This document shows, piece by piece, positions 61,748-64,000 of a DNA stretch of 64,000 nucleotides. A model generated the notes under the pieces. The model searched no databases. It was not told the DNA's origin and saw only the letters and a program-made list of their open reading frames with translations. The stretch is from an uncultured Candidatus Rokubacteria bacterium (GTDB lineage Bacteria; Methylomirabilota; Methylomirabilia; Rokubacteriales; CSP1-6). Made by a program: the position numbers and the translations under genes. Location of the stretch: the NCBI GenBank assembly GCA_963747235.1, contig CAVVEU010000008.1, positions 544,001-608,000 on the forward strand, in the 5' to 3' direction. Within the stretch, counting starts at the first letter, position 1. Each line of letters starts with the position of its first letter.

Positions 61748-64000
61748 ATGAGCGGGATGGATCGCCGGTCGTTCTTCAAGATCGTGGCCACCACGGGCGC
61801 CGCGGCGGCCGCCGGGGGCTGCGGACAGTCGGCCGAGCAGCTCATCCCGTACGTCATTCCGCCGGACAACATCGTCCCCGGCGTTCCCGCCTACTTCGCG
61901 AGCGTGTGCCGTGAGTGCCCGTCGGGCTGCGGCGTCATCGCCAAGAACCGCGACGGCCGCGTCATCAAGCTCGAGGGCAATCCGGATCACCCGTCCAATA
62001 CCGGCGCGCTCTGCGTGCTGGGGCACGCGGGCCTGCAGGCCCTCTACCATCCGGATCGCTTCCGCGGCCCGCTGAGCGGGGGCAAGCCCGTCGCGTGGGC
62101 CGACGCGGAGAAGCAGGTCGCGGACAAGCTGGGCGCGCTCGCGAAGGGCAAGCAGGGCGCGCGCATCGCGGTGGTGAGCGGGCTCGAGACCGGCAGCCTC
62201 GCCCGCCTCATGGACGAATGGGTGCGACTCCTCGGCGCGCGCACGCGCATCGCCTACGAGCCGCTCGGCTACGAGTCCCTGCGCGCCTCGAACCGGATCG
62301 CCTTCGGCCGCGACGCGATCCCCGATTACGCGATCGGCGAGGCCACCTACCTGGTCTCCTTCGGCGCGGACTTCCTCGAGACGTGGCTCAACAGCGAGGG
62401 GTACACCGCCGACTTCGCGCGGATGCACGCCTTCTTCCAGGGCAAGCAGGGCACGTTCGTGCACGTCGAGCCGCGCATGTCGCTGACCGCGGCCAACGCG
62501 GACGAGTGGCTGCGCAACGCGCCCGGCACCGAGGGCGCGCTGGCGCTGGCGATGCTCAAGGTGATCGTGGACGAGGGCCTGCAGGCGCCGGGCGCCGATC
62601 TCACCACGCTGCGCGCGGCGGTCCGCGCCGCCGACGTGGAGGCGGCCGCGACGGCCTCCGGCGTCCCCGCGGAGACGATCAAGCACGTCGCGCGCGATCT
62701 CGCCAAGGCGAAGGCCGGCCTCGTGCTGGGCGGCGGCATGGCCGCGACCTCGACGGCGTCCACCGACGCGCTCGTGGCGGTCAACCTGCTCAACGCGGCG
62801 ATCGGCGCGGTGGGCACCCGCGTGCGCTTCGGCTCCGCGTCGCCCTTCAGCCGGGTGAGCCCGTACTCGGACATGGTGGCGCTGACCCAGGCGATGGCGG
62901 CCGGACAGATCGAGGTGCTGGTGCTGGTGGACGTCAATCCGGTGTACGCGATGCCGCCCAAGTCGGGCTTCGCGGAGGCCCTGGCCAAGGTCCCGCTCGT
63001 CGTCTCGCTCGCGAGCCGGCCCAACGAGACCACCGCGCGGGCGCACCTGGTGCTGCCGACGCTGCACGCGCTCGAGTCCTGGGGCGACTACGCCTCCGAG
63101 GAGGGCGTGCTCGGGCTCATGCAGCCCACGATGGGCCCCGTGCAGATCGACGGCAAGGCGGTGGACGGCAAGGCCACCGGCGACGTGTTCCTCCACGTCG
63201 GCCGGCAGGCGCTGGGGCTCGAGGCCGGGAAGGGCCCGCTCCGGTGGGCCAGCTTCCAGGACTTCATCCGGGAGGAGTGGCAGAAGACCGCGAAGGACCT
63301 ACGGCAGCACCGGGCCGTTCACGGATTTCTGGGAAGCGGCCCTCCGGCGCGGCGGTGTGTGGCGCGCCGGCGCGGCCCCGGCGGTCTCGCTTCGTCCCGA
63401 GGCCGGCCGCATCCAGGCCGCCGCGCCGAAGCTCGAGGGCACCGGCTCGCACGCGCTGATGATCTATCCCTCGAGCCGCTTCTACGACGGCCGGGGCGGC
63501 GACCTGCCGTGGCTGCACGAGGTGCCGGACGGGATCACCCAGGTCGCGTGGGACTCGTGGCTCGAGATCCCGGCCGAGACCGCCAAGCAGATGGGAGTCG
63601 CGCGCGGCGATCTGGTCAAGGTGACCTCTCCGCACGGCGCGATCGAGCTGCCCGCCTACCCGACCGAGCTCGTCCACGCCGGCGTGGTGGCGGTGGCGAT
63701 GGGGCAGGGGCACAAGTACCCGGGCGCCTTCGCGCAGCAGGGCAACGCCGCGACCGGCACCCAGAGCCAGGCCAACTACCTGAACGTGGGCGTCAACCCG
63801 ATCGAGCTGCTGCCCGCCGCGCCGGACCCGGCCTCGGGCGGGCTCCCGCTGCTCGCGGTGAAGGTCTCGCTCGCCAAGACCGGCGGCCGGCGGCCGCTCG
63901 CCATCCCGCAGGCCCAGTTCGACCAGGACGATCGCGAGATCGCCCAGTGGGTGCAGCTCGGCGCCGCGCGCGAGCTCGAGCTGCGCGGCAAGCCGCCCGA
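61748..64000 (+). CDS. Tat-lipoprotein molybdopterin-oxidoreductase-like subunit (ActB/QrcB type), partial; frameshift near 63296
   Basis: [75 protein letters not shown]. Absent from the ORF track, apparently because this frame has no stop inside the window. Confidence 0.85.
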   Translation, partial: MSGMDRRSFFKIVATTGAAAAAGGCGQSAEQLIPYVIPPDNIVPGVPAYFASVCRECPSGCGVIAKNRDGRVIKLEGNPDHPSNTGALCVLGHAGLQALYHPDRFRGPLSGGKPVAWADAEKQVADKLGALAKGKQGARIAVVSGLETGSLARLMDEWVRLLGARTRIAYEPLGYESLRASNRIAFGRDAIPDYAIGEATYLVSFGADFLETWLNSEGYTADFARMHAFFQGKQGTFVHVEPRMSLTAANADEWLRNAPGTEGALALAMLKVIVDEGLQAPGADLTTLRAAVRAADVEAAATASGVPAETIKHVARDLAKAKAGLVLGGGMAATSTASTDALVAVNLLNAAIGAVGTRVRFGSASPFSRVSPYSDMVALTQAMAAGQIEVLVLVDVNPVYAMPPKSGFAEALAKVPLVVSLASRPNETTARAHLVLPTLHALESWGDYASEEGVLGLMQPTMGPVQIDGKAVDGKATGDVFLHVGRQALGLEAGKGPLRWASFQDFIREEWQKTAKDLRQHRAVHGFLGSGPPARRCVARRRGPGGLASSRGRPHPGRRAEARGHRLARADDLSLEPLLRRPGRRPAVAARGAGRDHPGRVGLVARDPGRDRQADGSRARRSGQGDLSARRDRAARLPDRARPRRRGGGGDGAGAQVPGRLRAAGQRRDRHPEPGQLPERGRQPDRAAARRAGPGLGRAPAARGEGLARQDRRPAAARHPAGPVRPGRSRDRPVGAARRRARARAARQAAR

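Noticed and set aside
1-64000. More than 20 frameshifts (leuC, asd, pssA, cysK, tctA, tctC, oppC and others) suggesting pseudogenes or programmed frameshifting
   Set aside because: They are single-base indels scattered through conserved genes with intact motifs on both sides and no in-frame nonsense decay, which is typical of unpolished long-read assembly.

Overview
A very GC-rich, gene-dense bacterial chromosomal window. The gene content suggests a soil lineage such as Ca. Rokubacteria/Methylomirabilota, but that is inference only. Many single-base frameshifts in conserved genes look like long-read assembly errors. Gene order: LysR/leuCD, hydrolase, DMT transporters, queF, ychF; a minus-strand operon of a RACo (DUF4445) corrinoid activator, MaoC, a UROD/MtaA-like protein, M23 and a methyltransferase; oppBCA; a cytochrome P460/c'-beta-cupredoxin fusion; a caspase/CHAT-like orphan; a MocR(PdxR)-pdxS-Prx-pdxT operon; an oxalate-oxidoreductase-like 2-oxoacid:ferredoxin oxidoreductase (YPIRP motif) with tctCBA, YjbE and FadR; ppdK-ilvBNC-psd-pssA-leuB-asd-truA; a selenocysteine formate dehydrogenase operon (UGA plus SECIS) running into ccsA-hemACDB-[Rrf2-cysK-Ubl/JAMM fusion]-hemL; and the start of an ActB/QrcB-like subunit. 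No rRNA, tRNA, CRISPR array or transposase was seen. The best leads are: (1) a shared FadR-type operator TGGTCnGACCA linking the OOR-like/Tct operon with the Sec-FDH operon; (2) a covarying G·A-mismatch/GNA-triloop hairpin repeat family at gene ends; (3) the P460-cupredoxin and ubiquitin-like-JAMM fusions; (4) frequent leaderless-type promoters.
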